This document shows positions 25,663 to 26,222 of a stretch of 26,222 bases of DNA, one piece after another. Below the pieces are notes generated by a model. The model was not told the DNA's origin. It did no database searches and saw nothing but the letters and a program-made list of their open reading frames with translations. Positions within the stretch are counted from its first letter, which is position 1, and each line of letters opens with the position of its first letter. The DNA is from a virus. Its lineage: Duplodnaviria > Caudoviricetes. Location of the stretch: the IMG/VR virus record IMGVR_UViG_3300044451_000155, positions 1 to 26,222 of that record; one strand, given 5' to 3'. A program made the translations under genes and the position numbers.

Positions 25663-25809
25663 CTATTTTTTTTGTCATTAGAAATTTTGAGTTTCCATTA
25701 TTTTGGCACTTCTTTTGATGCTTCATAAAAATCACCATAAATCGTACCTTCTTCCACATTTACCCACATTTTTTTGATTAAACCTCTGTTATTCAATTCT
25801 TTTCAGACC

Positions 25810-25825
25810 CCGACCCTCGGGACCA
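25810..25825 (+). other. att site: displaced tRNA 3' end (probably tRNA-Leu)
   Basis: CCGACCCTCGGGACCA reads as T-stem 3' strand + acceptor 3' strand + discriminator + CCA, with no upstream tRNA body. It is preceded by 10-bp-period CCACATTT repeats (25754, 25764) and followed by a terminator. Confidence 0.7.
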
Positions 25826-25849
25826 TATTCGGAATCGTAAGATTCTACG

Positions 25850-25882
25850 AAAACCCCTAAGCTAACGGCTTAGGGGTTTTTT
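25850..25882 (+). terminator. Intrinsic (bidirectional-capable) terminator, probably the original host tRNA terminator
   Basis: AAAACCCCTAAGC-taacg-GCTTAGGGGTTTT-TT. Confidence 0.85.
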
Positions 25883-26222
25883 GTTGGGTATAAAAAAGTG
25901 GATAGAGCTTAAGAAATTATTATTTGATCCCGCGGGTCGGACTCGAATTTCTAGCTATAAATTTAGAGCTTATAAAAATCTTTCATTTTTTAAGCTCAAG
26001 AAGTTCTTCTTTAAATACCAAACATCTTTGATAAAAGCGAAACTGAGTAAGAATCTAAGCTCTTATTCAAAATAATATTTTTTGACCATCTCTTACGAGT
26101 ATTCTGAACTCGTATTTCTAACATCTTACAACTGTCTACCTTCAAATATTTGTTGTATTTTCCTCAAGCATACCCACTTTATGTATCTGAAAACCTTTAA
26201 TTGAAACTTCACATTTCTATTT

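Larger units (their letters stand above)
1..25825. mobile_element. P2-like prophage (right part; left end with replication/integrase genes lies outside the window)
   Basis: Complete syntenic P2-type head, lysis, baseplate and tail genes, ogr, a cos-like site at ~25156-25200 and a tRNA-3'-end-like att at 25810-25825. Confidence 0.95.

Noticed and set aside
25740-25825. Intact tRNA gene
   Set aside because: Only the last ~16 nt are tRNA-like; there is no D-arm, anticodon arm or T-loop upstream.
25881-26222. ORF 25881..26075 and possible coding remnants in the right flank
   Set aside because: TTG start within the terminator T-tract, low-complexity K/F-rich product, and the frames I checked on the - strand are interrupted by stops; treated as non-coding or decayed host DNA.

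Overview
Almost the whole window (1..~25825) is the right-hand part of an apparently intact P2-like (Peduoviridae-type) prophage in a low-GC gammaproteobacterium. The tail-spike N-terminus and the tRNA-like att end suggest Acinetobacter (inference). The complete morphogenesis module is present: Q, P on the + strand, and O-N-M-L-X-holins-endolysin-R-S, V-W-J-I-(extra spike)-H-G-like and FI-FII-E/E'-T-U-D on the - strand, followed by ogr and a truncated TraR/DksA zinc-finger gene. The layout is phiCTX-like, with cos lying next to the att site and cargo sitting between portal and cos. That cargo slot holds (i) an AT-rich two-gene ABC-ATPase + TOPRIM-like operon, a candidate anti-phage system with an atypical Walker B, and (ii) a divergently transcribed C4/CI-type antisense-RNA switch controlling an orphan 69-aa ORF. 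Beyond it lie a cos-like site, a GTAAC/GTTAC iteron-like array with an IHF site, and a tRNA-3'-end att remnant with a second inverted degenerate copy. Other notable points: a second receptor-binding protein with an internal ~165-aa duplication, three late-promoter palindromes with 13-bp rather than 12-bp spacing, probable leaderless V and P mRNAs, and no recognisable spanin genes.
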